A stretch of DNA of 41,153 bases from a virus. Lineage: Duplodnaviria; Caudoviricetes. Every line of letters starts with the position of its first letter. The first letter of the stretch is position 1. Below the pieces are notes generated by a model. The model was not told the origin of the DNA and did not search any database. It saw nothing but the letters and a program-made list of their open reading frames with translations. Of this stretch, positions 9,561-16,827 are shown in pieces. Location: IMG/VR virus record IMGVR_UViG_3300026541_000015, positions 1-41,153 of that record; one strand, 5' to 3'. A program made the translations under genes and the position numbers.

Positions 9561-9779
9561 ATGATGCAAATAATTGAGCAAACGCATGACGAGAAGATTG
9601 CTATGTACATGAAGGGCTGCACTAAGAAACAACTCGCAGAAATGTTGGCAAGTTGTAATGAGGATTTAGATACAATGCTGCCGAAAATATTCCACTCAGA
9701 AGTTGGATATATCATCCCGGTAGTGACCAATCAATCGGACAGATATATCGAATCTATATTGCCTAAGCGTTTCTACTAA
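9561..9779 (+). CDS. Hypothetical protein
   Basis: 72-aa ORF in the late-gene direction between the HNH and holin genes. Confidence 0.55.
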   Translation: MMQIIEQTHDEKIAMYMKGCTKKQLAEMLASCNEDLDTMLPKIFHSEVGYIIPVVTNQSDRYIESILPKRFY

Positions 9780-9789
9780 AGGGATTGAT

Positions 9790-10236
9790 ATGGCAATACC
9801 ATTTATCGGAAAAATTATTGAAAAGGTTATCGGTGTTGGTGGCGGCATCATATCCGAGTTGGTGACTGACAAGGATTTAGCCAAGGAACTTGACCATGCC
9901 TTTAGAACTCAGATAGAGGCCAATGCTGCAGGATTCAAGGCTCTTGAGGTCGAAGCAGAGGCCGAGATGTTCGTGGCACACCAGGCCACTGTGCAGGCGG
10001 AGCTCCACCAAAGCGACCTATACACAAAACGAACTCGCCCAAAGATTGCACGACAGTCTTGGTACGTCACGGCAATCTATGCCCTGTCGAGTATGCTACT
10101 CCCTGTAGCTCCGGAGGTATGGGGGCTGGGTGAGCCGTCCATAGATTGGCAGATATTCCTCGTGTTGGCCTCCCCGGCACTAGCGTACATGGGTGTACGT
10201 GGAGTAGAAAAATTTAAAGCTGGTGGGTCAAAGTGA
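9790..10236 (+). CDS. Holin (3TM/GTA-type-like)
   Basis: ELVTDKD, AELHQSDLYTKRTRP motifs, two hydrophobic segments, and a YMGVRGVEK C-terminus. Confidence 0.75.
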   Translation: MAIPFIGKIIEKVIGVGGGIISELVTDKDLAKELDHAFRTQIEANAAGFKALEVEAEAEMFVAHQATVQAELHQSDLYTKRTRPKIARQSWYVTAIYALSSMLLPVAPEVWGLGEPSIDWQIFLVLASPALAYMGVRGVEKFKAGGSK

Positions 10237-10308
10237 TAATCTTATTTCTTCGTGTGTCCCGCGTGAAAACTATGGGCGCGTTGACAGCCGCCGCTATGGA
10301 TGTTTGGG

Positions 10309-10446
10309 ATGCCTAAAGAATACAGCGAAAGGTATGATGCTTATTATGAGCCAGAAACAGGTAAATGGCTTGAACAAAAATGTTCAGACCCTAAATGTGA
10401 GTATTGTTCAATGAGACCATTCAACGGATTAGTAAAGACAGCATGA
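10309..10446 (+). CDS. Small Cys-rich hypothetical protein (45 aa, not in ORF track)
   Basis: MPKEYSERYDAYYEPETGKWLEQKCSDPKCEYCSMRPFNGLVKTA; its TGA overlaps the ATG at 10443. Confidence 0.65.
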   Translation: MPKEYSERYDAYYEPETGKWLEQKCSDPKCEYCSMRPFNGLVKTA

Positions 10447-11135
10447 GACCACGTTACCGAGAAGTAATCAACCTGCTGATCTCAGTAGCACTGGTTCTGG
10501 CAACCCTTACGATTGCTATGGAGGCACGCGCTCAAGGCGATCACCATTGCCAGGGTAATTCCTGTAATGGTAGTGATGGCGATATCAGTATTGGCGGCAC
10601 GACCGTTGATGTAGGCGGGTCAAGCGTTGATATAGCAGGTGATCGCGCTTACGCGGTCGGTGGCAGTTCGTTTGATGTCGATATCAATCAGTGCATGGCC
10701 AGTAAAGCAATGAATATTGTTGTAGTTGGTTGGCAGTCTCTGGTCGAAAATCCGACCTGCATTGCCGATGGTCTTGATGCTCGGGGCAATCACGAGGCCG
10801 CAGCGACTGTGCGCTGTACACATGTGGATACGATCCGCAACTCATTTTCAGATTTTGAAACGTGCAAGACTGCGGTTACGATGATCGCGTCCGTTAGATT
10901 GCCTACTGAGCCACAGGGGAGCAGCAGAGATGATGACGAGGACGACGACCACGGCCATGACTATGAGGCGCTGCAGCAGCAGCTGGCCGCCTTGGTCGAG
11001 GACAAGGCGAAAACAGACCAGCGGGCCGCACGTTACGCGGCGCAACAGCGTGAGGCGAAGCAAGATGATCGACTGTACGCGCAGCAACTGATCGAGGAAA
11101 TACGGCAAATCGAGGAACCACCTAGTGACCATTGA
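10443..11135 (+). CDS. Exported Cys-rich protein with acidic/coiled-coil tail (start revised to 10443)
   Basis: Signal-like MRPRYREVINLLISVALVLATLTIAMEARA-Q; six Cys residues; ATGA overlap with the upstream gene. Confidence 0.65.
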   Translation: MRPRYREVINLLISVALVLATLTIAMEARAQGDHHCQGNSCNGSDGDISIGGTTVDVGGSSVDIAGDRAYAVGGSSFDVDINQCMASKAMNIVVVGWQSLVENPTCIADGLDARGNHEAAATVRCTHVDTIRNSFSDFETCKTAVTMIASVRLPTEPQGSSRDDDEDDDHGHDYEALQQQLAALVEDKAKTDQRAARYAAQQREAKQDDRLYAQQLIEEIRQIEEPPSDH

Positions 11136-11421
11136 GAAATCGACCATGAAAGGACTTGGAATTGCTGCTGGAATCATCGCGTTTCTCGCCGCGCAGTTTT
11201 GGGGTGTGCCGTATTACATCGAAAGCGAGGTCACACGACAGGTTAAGGCACTGAATGATGCTGCGCAAACACCGACTGAGATTACCGAACTGGCCGGGAA
11301 AATGGATGCGGTGGAGGCAAGTGTACTGCGCTTGGATGGTACGGTTGTTCGCGTTGAGGGAAAGATCGACAACCTCAGTGGGCTTTTTGTTGGCTATCTG
11401 GAGCGTCAGGCGACTGAATAA
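11125..11421 (+). CDS. Membrane-anchored coiled-coil protein
   Basis: N-terminal TM segment followed by a heptad pattern (LDGTVVRVEGKIDNL). Confidence 0.65.
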   Translation: MTIEKSTMKGLGIAAGIIAFLAAQFWGVPYYIESEVTRQVKALNDAAQTPTEITELAGKMDAVEASVLRLDGTVVRVEGKIDNLSGLFVGYLERQATE

Positions 11422-11484
11422 TAGTTGTGGGATATTTTTCCCGCATGGGTACAATAGGTCAAACTCACCCATGGATAATCTATA

Positions 11485-11712
11485 ATGTCTGATCAAGGCA
11501 TCATTGCAATTTTGCTAACAGTTGTTGGGTTTTTGATTGTGTCTTGGTTTGCTGTGGTGTGGTTTTATCTCAAGGAACGATTTCGCAAAGTGGATGAAAG
11601 TTTTAAAATGCACGGCGCTAGAATCCAGGTTTTGGAAATGAACCGTATTGAAGAACAAGTTCATCGTGAAGAAATATTGGATATTTTGAGAGGAATAAAG
11701 AATGTCGGTTGA
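11485..11712 (+). CDS. Small membrane protein
   Basis: N-terminal TM segment (IIAILLTVVGFLIVSWFAVVWFYL) and a charged tail. Confidence 0.65.
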   Translation: MSDQGIIAILLTVVGFLIVSWFAVVWFYLKERFRKVDESFKMHGARIQVLEMNRIEEQVHREEILDILRGIKNVG

Positions 11713-11953
11713 TGTTATTGACGTTCGGAATCGGCTTGTGGGCCAACGCATTGAAAGCCTCAAAGACAATGCGACCGTTATTCTTTCAGCTTTGGGTGTT
11801 CTTATCGCCTCTTTTGGTTTATTGTTAGGCGGTATTGCGCTGTATGCAACCTCTGTCACTGACAAAAGAGTGACAATGATAGAGCATGATCAGGCACTTA
11901 ATCTTGCACTCACGCTGAAATTACAAGCGGAACTTGATGCACGAGATGATTAA
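11702..11953 (+). CDS. Small membrane protein
   Basis: Central TM segment; GAGGA RBS upstream. Confidence 0.65.
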   Translation: MSVDVIDVRNRLVGQRIESLKDNATVILSALGVLIASFGLLLGGIALYATSVTDKRVTMIEHDQALNLALTLKLQAELDARDD

Positions 11954-11965
11954 CGAGGTTCCCTA

Positions 11966-12190
11966 ATGTCACATGCAAAAAGAAAGTTATTGCTTGATTG
12001 TAACGGCGAACTTCAAGAGGCAGCCACAATGGTTCCTTTGGCCGGCGCTAATGGTTTGCTGACAGAGCAATCAATGGAAGAATTCATTGCGGATCGGTTG
12101 CACTATGTCAAGAAATACAGGAAATGGAAAGAAAAGTACGACCTTGTAGGGGCTATTGTTCCTCATAATGCCGACGAACCAAGAGAATGA
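11966..12190 (+). CDS. Hypothetical protein (last gene of late block)
   Basis: GAGGT RBS; followed by a strand switch. Confidence 0.65.
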   Translation: MSHAKRKLLLDCNGELQEAATMVPLAGANGLLTEQSMEEFIADRLHYVKKYRKWKEKYDLVGAIVPHNADEPRE

Positions 12191-12239
12191 AGCCCGATGG
12201 AAGGCGTATTTATCTAAACATTACGACTTCTAAGTGTAT

Positions 12240-12575
12240 TCATTGATCCTGTCCTTTCTCAGCAGTGGATTCATTGCGATCTTTACAAACGCGGCGATAA
12301 AGCCCCCAATCGTCCGTGTAGCTTTCTGGTACACGCAACGTCATTTTGTGCCCCTTGCTGCATGGGTTGTAATCGTCTGGAACGTCCTCTGACTGCGGGC
12401 GCGACCAAGGTTTGAAATTCTTGCAGTCATCGCACCAATGCTTAATGGGCTTGCGCCGCGACCGTGCTTCCTCGCGCTTACCAAGCTCTTCGAGCAGTTG
12501 AGCATTCGAGAATTTGCCCAAGAGTTTTCGATCATCATTCGTCACCATGCGGCTGTCTTGAGTCGTTAGTCGCAC
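12240..12575 (-). CDS. Hypothetical Cys-rich protein (last gene of leftward operon)
   Basis: CDDC...C..H...C motif; the start may lie slightly downstream of 12575. Confidence 0.6.
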   Translation of the reverse strand: MRLTTQDSRMVTNDDRKLLGKFSNAQLLEELGKREEARSRRKPIKHWCDDCKNFKPWSRPQSEDVPDDYNPCSKGHKMTLRVPESYTDDWGLYRRVCKDRNESTAEKGQDQ

Positions 12576-13116
12576 GGTGGCATGTACACTTCAATCCAGA
12601 TGTCGGCATGCCGTGTAGCCGATACGTCCTAATTTGACATGATGGATCGTGACTACTGTCGTCCACGGTAGGTTTGATGTATTCGCCTTCCCACCATTCG
12701 TGGCCGCACTTACCACATTCCATACGAACACCGTTGTCGCTTGCGTGTTGCAAAAGTTCTTCGCCACATTCAGAGCATTTTTCGTAGTAACTACATGACC
12801 CGCCCTCCACCGGGATTATTCGCGGCGTGGGACTACCTGAAACTGGCGCGTCGGCCCAGCTTTTGTCTGGGCATTGATCGCAAGGTTCGTCATTTTTCAG
12901 ACAGATTTTGTAGCAGCGCCCGCGTCTATCTGAGAGAGCGTCCAATCCAGCAAGCGCGTTCTCCAATCCCTGTTTGTCTTTTTCACGCTCCGCTTCCATA
13001 CGGGCCTTGAACATCTGGTAGAGCGTTTCCCAAAAACCCGTTACTACTCCATCGGGAAGGTGCTCTAGCTTTGGACCAAGCGTCTTGAATTGCTCAAACT
13101 GTTCTTCGTAGTTCAC
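12535..13116 (-). CDS. Hypothetical protein with zinc-ribbon motifs
   Basis: CSECG...CGKCGHEW plus additional Cys pairs; AGGAG RBS. Confidence 0.65.
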   Translation of the reverse strand: MNYEEQFEQFKTLGPKLEHLPDGVVTGFWETLYQMFKARMEAEREKDKQGLENALAGLDALSDRRGRCYKICLKNDEPCDQCPDKSWADAPVSGSPTPRIIPVEGGSCSYYEKCSECGEELLQHASDNGVRMECGKCGHEWWEGEYIKPTVDDSSHDPSCQIRTYRLHGMPTSGLKCTCHRATNDSRQPHGDE

Positions 13117-13119
13117 TAT

Positions 13120-13260
13120 CTATCTCCTGTTTAAGGATTTTTCAAATGCCTTTCTTCGAGCCCGATCTTCTTTCGTCGGCTCATGACTCCACCATAGTTG
13201 ACGCCCTTTCTCGTCAACATCACCCAGTTCCCATACTCTGTTTGGCCAAGTTATGATCAT
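13120..13260 (-). CDS. Small hypothetical protein (46 aa, not in ORF track)
   Basis: MIITWPNRVWELGDVDEKGRQLWWSHEPTKEDRARRKAFEKSLNRR; AGGAG RBS. Confidence 0.6.
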   Translation of the reverse strand: MIITWPNRVWELGDVDEKGRQLWWSHEPTKEDRARRKAFEKSLNRR

Positions 13261-13367
13261 TTCTTGCTCCTGTTATAGACCGCGTTCTTCTTGGGGCTGT
13301 CTGAGTTCAGCAACAACATGAACAACATTCCACAACCAAATCCAAGCATGAACAAATCAAGTACCAT
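13257..13367 (-). CDS. Small membrane peptide (36 aa, not in ORF track)
   Basis: MVLDLFMLGFGCGMLFMLLLNSDSPKKNAVYNRSKK; AGGAG RBS; overlaps the next ATG. Confidence 0.55.
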   Translation of the reverse strand: MVLDLFMLGFGCGMLFMLLLNSDSPKKNAVYNRSKK

Positions 13368-13406
13368 CTCTTACTCCTGGTTATGAACTAATATCTTGTA
13401 TCCGAA

Positions 13407-13709
13407 CTACGAAGACAGGATTTTCCCATGTGTTAAAATGGAATCAATCATCCAGTCGTAGCCGCAAAATCCCTGCGATTGTTTCTTTAGCTTCGCAGCT
13501 GCTCCACGAGTCACTTCACGAACAGTTACGCCAGCGGCCCACCCATCACCGAAATTATGGTGGTGATAACTTCCAGCAAGCCTCTTTCCGTCAGGCAATA
13601 AAGGTTCTTTCCTGAACGCTTTTGTACGAACGTATAACTTATCGTCACCCGTCCATTTCCCATCCCATGAATTATTGTTTGGCATCGAAAGCTTAAAGCT
13701 AAGTATCAT
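13407..13709 (-). CDS. Conserved-looking phage hypothetical protein
   Basis: LSMPNNNSWDGKW, FGDGW.A, FCGYDWMIDSI motifs; TAGGAG RBS. Confidence 0.75.
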   Translation of the reverse strand: MILSFKLSMPNNNSWDGKWTGDDKLYVRTKAFRKEPLLPDGKRLAGSYHHHNFGDGWAAGVTVREVTRGAAAKLKKQSQGFCGYDWMIDSILTHGKILSS

Positions 13710-13802
13710 TTTGTTCTCCTAATTATCCATACCCTTTATTGGGTGGTTAGGGCCAATAAATATTCCCGGCTTCTCATCGGTCTGACACAGCTTTCAAGGG
13801 AA

Positions 13803-13953
13803 ATAGCTTTAAATGTGGTCCTGATAAGTTGAGCGCCGGTGTCGAACTGGCTTCTTCCGTTTCTCATCATGCCTTCAAGGTTTCGAACCCTATTCAGCCT
13901 CCTGCGCAGGATATCTGTGGGTTCTAAGGCCCACGGACCACAATCAAAACTAT
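13803..13953 (-). ncRNA. Candidate structured RNA (multi-hairpin, c4-like)
   Basis: 19-position closing stem ATAGTTTTGATTGTGGTCC/GGACCACATTTAAAGCTAT (G-U pairs work only on the minus strand) enclosing four hairpins, two with T-loop-like TTCGA loops. Confidence 0.55.
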
Positions 13954-13976
13954 CTACATGCTCTACTAACTCAAGG

Positions 13977-14189
13977 TCAAGCGGTTTGGTTAGACACTTT
14001 CGCGCCACCCGCCCGGTTGTCAGGGGTTCGACATGGCCAGGACTTTCTTTGGTGTTCTTCAAGTTGGGAAACTATGGTTTCAGCACTGCCCGCTGGGAAC
14101 GCTGTGAAATTCCACAGAATATCCACTCTTTCCTGATCTGATTTCTCAGGGAATAGGGCCTCAACTGCATATAAGCATTGTCTACACAT
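13977..14189 (-). CDS. Hypothetical protein
   Basis: AGAGGA RBS before the ATG; ILWNFTAFP motif. Confidence 0.65.
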   Translation of the reverse strand: MCRQCLYAVEALFPEKSDQERVDILWNFTAFPAGSAETIVSQLEEHQRKSWPCRTPDNRAGGAKVSNQTA

Positions 14190-14280
14190 CGTCTTATCCT
14201 CTTTTCTCGCGCTTTCTTGAACTTCAGCGACGCAATAACGCTAGTGCTTTCGGGGTTCTGCCGCTGGAACGCGACTGTGG

Positions 14281-14311
14281 TTGATTTTTGGGCGAGGATT
14301 TGTTGTATAAT
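14281..14311 (+). promoter_or_regulatory. Candidate antisense sigma70 promoter
   Basis: Perfect TATAAT at 14306-14311; TTGATT at 14281-14286 (19-nt spacer, suboptimal). Confidence 0.4.
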
Positions 14312-14347
14312 GATCCTGCGCCTGGAATCTCCAAACTCGACTTCCAG

Positions 14348-14384
14348 AAAAGGCTCAACATTTTCAATGGTGTTGGGCCTTTTG
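14348..14384 (+). terminator. Intrinsic terminator-like hairpin (3' end of candidate antisense RNA)
   Basis: AAAAGGCTCAACA-N10-TGTTGGGCCTTTT; the G-U pair favours the + strand. Confidence 0.55.
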
Positions 14385-14403
14385 AATTTATAGTTTAGGC
14401 TTT

Positions 14404-14559
14404 TCACCTAACAATTGCAAAGTAGATCACATAGAACCAAGAAAACAGGCCGTGCAAGATGGCCCACAAAATTGACTCATTGATCGACCACGAAATAGCA
14501 ACTGCAATTGCCGATCCCAATGAAATACCTGATGATACTGCTGTTGAATTGTTACTCAT
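14404..14559 (-). CDS. Small two-TM membrane protein (51 aa, not in ORF track)
   Basis: MSNNSTAVSSGISLGSAIAVAISWSINESILWAILHGLFSWFYVIYFAIVR; AGGAG RBS. Confidence 0.75.
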   Translation of the reverse strand: MSNNSTAVSSGISLGSAIAVAISWSINESILWAILHGLFSWFYVIYFAIVR

Positions 14560-14756
14560 CACTTATTCTCCTTTGGTGGTTCAATAGGTTCAGGCCACCA
14601 TTCCCCGCCTAATCTTTCAATTCGATAGAAATCACCATCAACATATGCGTGAAGTCCTTTTTCAAATTTAGTGACATAAAGAATCTCCAAGGTGTCATTA
14701 CCTTTCCACCAATACCAACCAGCTTCTTTTGGAATCTCTGTAGTCCACTCACTCAT
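14559..14756 (-). CDS. Hypothetical protein (W..E.P...GWYWW type)
   Basis: AAGGA RBS; Trp-rich small phage protein. Confidence 0.7.
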   Translation of the reverse strand: MSEWTTEIPKEAGWYWWKGNDTLEILYVTKFEKGLHAYVDGDFYRIERLGGEWWPEPIEPPKENK

Positions 14757-15036
14757 GATCTAGTCCTTTTGTGGTGCATATGCAGTTCTGCAATAAGTGT
14801 GCACCACATCTATGGCAGGCGGTAAATACGGCAACTTGGGTGTAATAAATAGGAGTAGACAAACACAGCCGTTTAAGCACAGCTACAGAAGGGTTATTTT
14901 TCTCTCCTGACGCCAAGCGACTTAGGTATGCTGGATCAATTTCGATTACTCTTGCCGCTGGACGTATTCCACCAAAATCAGCAATGACTGCCTTGGCCTG
15001 ATCCTGAATCGTCGCAATGAACCTGTGGTCACTCAT
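14749..15036 (-). CDS. XRE-type HTH DNA-binding protein
   Basis: GIRPAARVIEIDPAYLSRLASGEKNNPS helix-turn-helix. Confidence 0.75.
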   Translation of the reverse strand: MSDHRFIATIQDQAKAVIADFGGIRPAARVIEIDPAYLSRLASGEKNNPSVAVLKRLCLSTPIYYTQVAVFTACHRCGAHLLQNCICTTKGLDHE

Positions 15037-15039
15037 GAT

Positions 15040-15324
15040 TTAGTCCTTGTCTAGTGCTGCTAGTGCTTTGCGCGTCCGTTCAATCCACATATAAATCTGT
15101 TGGCGCAATCCATGCGTGCCTTTGGTGTACCAGCTAGGGCCAGATTGCATGGCGTGAGAGACCTCAAGCATAAATTGATTACACACGGTAAGCGCATCCT
15201 CCAACTTAGCGATTCGTGCTTGCTGTTCTTCGACTTCTTTCACAATATCGTTTAATTCATGCCATTCGCCTTTTGTTGGCGCTACGTCACGAAGTTCTAT
15301 TATTCGCGCAATCAAATCACTCAT
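15040..15324 (-). CDS. Hypothetical coiled-coil protein (start revised to ATG 15324)
   Basis: MSDLIARIIELRD... follows an AGGAG RBS; the longer listed ORF overlaps the upstream gene. Confidence 0.65.
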   Translation of the reverse strand: MSDLIARIIELRDVAPTKGEWHELNDIVKEVEEQQARIAKLEDALTVCNQFMLEVSHAMQSGPSWYTKGTHGLRQQIYMWIERTRKALAALDKD

Positions 15325-15587
15325 CACTTCTCTCCTAGCTCTTCTACACAGGCTTCTATGATTGCTTTGGAGAGTGAATCGCCTTGATAAGTCTTGTCCA
15401 CAGCTAGACTGAACGCACTTATTAGCCTCGCCTCGGTCGTGTAGGGATGGGCAGGGTGGTGATGCGCCGGTCCAAATTGCTTCATCAGCGCACCAGCAAC
15501 TCTCCAGTCTGTATCCCAAGTCTCACCAAACATATCGAGTGGATTAAATCCTAGAATATGTTCAACTTTATCTGCTAGTTCGTTCAT
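15324..15587 (-). CDS. Hypothetical protein, phage ABA-sandwich-like
   Basis: TDWRVAGALM...DSLSKAIIEAC pattern. Confidence 0.55.
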   Translation of the reverse strand: MNELADKVEHILGFNPLDMFGETWDTDWRVAGALMKQFGPAHHHPAHPYTTEARLISAFSLAVDKTYQGDSLSKAIIEACVEELGEK

Positions 15588-15599
15588 CTATATGTACCC

Positions 15600-15896
15600 C
15601 TACTGCTCTAGATCGTTGTGGTCAGTGAACTCAAGCAATTGCGTAACATCAATCCATCTCGTTGAGCCGGTTGATAATTCGACCCGAACATCCGACCCTC
15701 GCCAGTTTGAGTGCATATCCACTACACCGGATCGTGTGTGATGACCATGCTTCCAATGTACGGCCATCCCAGCCGGGAAAGCATACGGAATGTTCTCCGC
15801 AAGAACCTCCTTCAAGCCTTTAATTTTCTCTACCAACCCCACGACTACGCCGAGATTTCCACCTGGGCTCTTATCCATGATTTTGCCCTTTCTCAT
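15600..15896 (-). CDS. Hypothetical protein
   Basis: ORF in the operon direction; start uncertain (15896 or 15878). Confidence 0.6.
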   Translation of the reverse strand: MRKGKIMDKSPGGNLGVVVGLVEKIKGLKEVLAENIPYAFPAGMAVHWKHGHHTRSGVVDMHSNWRGSDVRVELSTGSTRWIDVTQLLEFTDHNDLEQ

Positions 15897-15929
15897 CAGT
15901 ATTCACTTCACCACCCCGTTGCATATCAC

Positions 15930-16208
15930 TCATGGCTGTTCTTCTGTTTCCCATTTCAGAAATTCATCAACATCGTCGCTGCAATCTGGATCAAGATCCC
16001 ACCATTCACCGTCTGTACCTATCGGGTGTGTCCATCGGATGCCACCAGCATTAGAGAAGTCTGGTTTAATATTGTTGTGTAGTTGAAATAAGTCATACCT
16101 GGCGAGCGCATGGGTAAGCATTTCAGCGGCCTCTATCGTGCCAACCGAATACTCAAATGGCTTTCCTGGTATTTGTGGAATCCACCACACCTGCAATTCT
16201 GCACTCAT
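15930..16208 (-). CDS. P22 gp17-like protein (counter-exclusion)
   Basis: LQVWWIPQIPGKPF...YDLFQLHNNIKPDFSNAGG closely resembles the gp17 family signature (VWHIPQVP.KPF...YDAFQ..NNIKPDY.NA.G). Confidence 0.75.
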   Translation of the reverse strand: MSAELQVWWIPQIPGKPFEYSVGTIEAAEMLTHALARYDLFQLHNNIKPDFSNAGGIRWTHPIGTDGEWWDLDPDCSDDVDEFLKWETEEQP

Positions 16209-16531
16209 TTCACCATTCCGAATTTCTTCATATCACGGTCAAAATCAATCTGATCTTGTCTTTTCTGTTCGTCTGAAATGACTTCTAACCCTCGATGAGT
16301 TCTTTTCTTCGGTAAGGTTATCCAGCCCCTTTTCAAACCGTTCAAAATCCGTGTCTGCCAGCAACGATTGAAGTCCTGCTTTGGACGATCCCATTCATAC
16401 ACTCTGAATCGCTCCAGCTCATCCTCAATCATCTTGTCAGTCAGACCCTTTGTGTGGGTCCATTGACGAAGCTTTGAGGATAGTTTCCAAGAGGATGGAA
16501 CCGTTCGGGATCTCATTTCGCTAGTCCGCAA
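16205..16531 (-). CDS. Stand-alone DnaT-like/replication-initiator C-terminal domain protein
   Basis: VP.SW..S..L.QW....GL....IEDELERFR.Y.....K.DF.RCWQT pattern; start may be 16516. Confidence 0.5.
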   Translation of the reverse strand: MRTSEMRSRTVPSSWKLSSKLRQWTHTKGLTDKMIEDELERFRVYEWDRPKQDFNRCWQTRILNGLKRGWITLPKKRTHRGLEVISDEQKRQDQIDFDRDMKKFGMVK

Positions 16532-16827
16532 TAGCCTTGTTCAGATTGGTATTCCTTCAGGTTTCGCTCTTTAGCATCCTTAAGTTTTTCGTTAGTATTG
16601 GCGACTAAAATACTTCCATCGTCTTCAATGAAAGCAAAATAACCGTCATAACAATCTTGCCATTCCCATGCCATACACTCAGAGCCGATGCACTGAAGGT
16701 TCTCATTAACTGCTGGAATATTGCCACGATTAGTCAGCATATTACCTTGCCAACAATCATCATTTGGAGTAACCGTTACCCGTATAAACGGACACCACTT
16801 GGTTTTTGCTTCGTTTTCGGTCATCAA
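16513..16827 (-). CDS. Hypothetical Cys-containing protein
   Basis: MTENEAKTKWCPF...CIGSECMAW.W...GYCGLA, a motif set common in phages. Confidence 0.75.
   Translation of the reverse strand: MMTENEAKTKWCPFIRVTVTPNDDCWQGNMLTNRGNIPAVNENLQCIGSECMAWEWQDCYDGYFAFIEDDGSILVANTNEKLKDAKERNLKEYQSEQGYCGLAK

Noticed and set aside
11426-11473. Two adjacent hairpins as a terminator
   Set aside because: No U-tract follows; too little evidence to assign a function.
13803-13953. tRNA gene
   Set aside because: It has T-loop-like hairpins but no canonical 7-bp acceptor, D-arm and anticodon arrangement; kept as a candidate ncRNA instead.
13736-14062. 108-aa ORF
   Set aside because: TTG start without a clear RBS; it overlaps a better-supported gene and the structured RNA.
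14072-14407. 111-aa ORF
   Set aside because: It has a plausible GTGA overlap start, but overlaps 13977..14189 by 118 nt and spans a promoter/terminator-like region; left uncalled rather than excluded.
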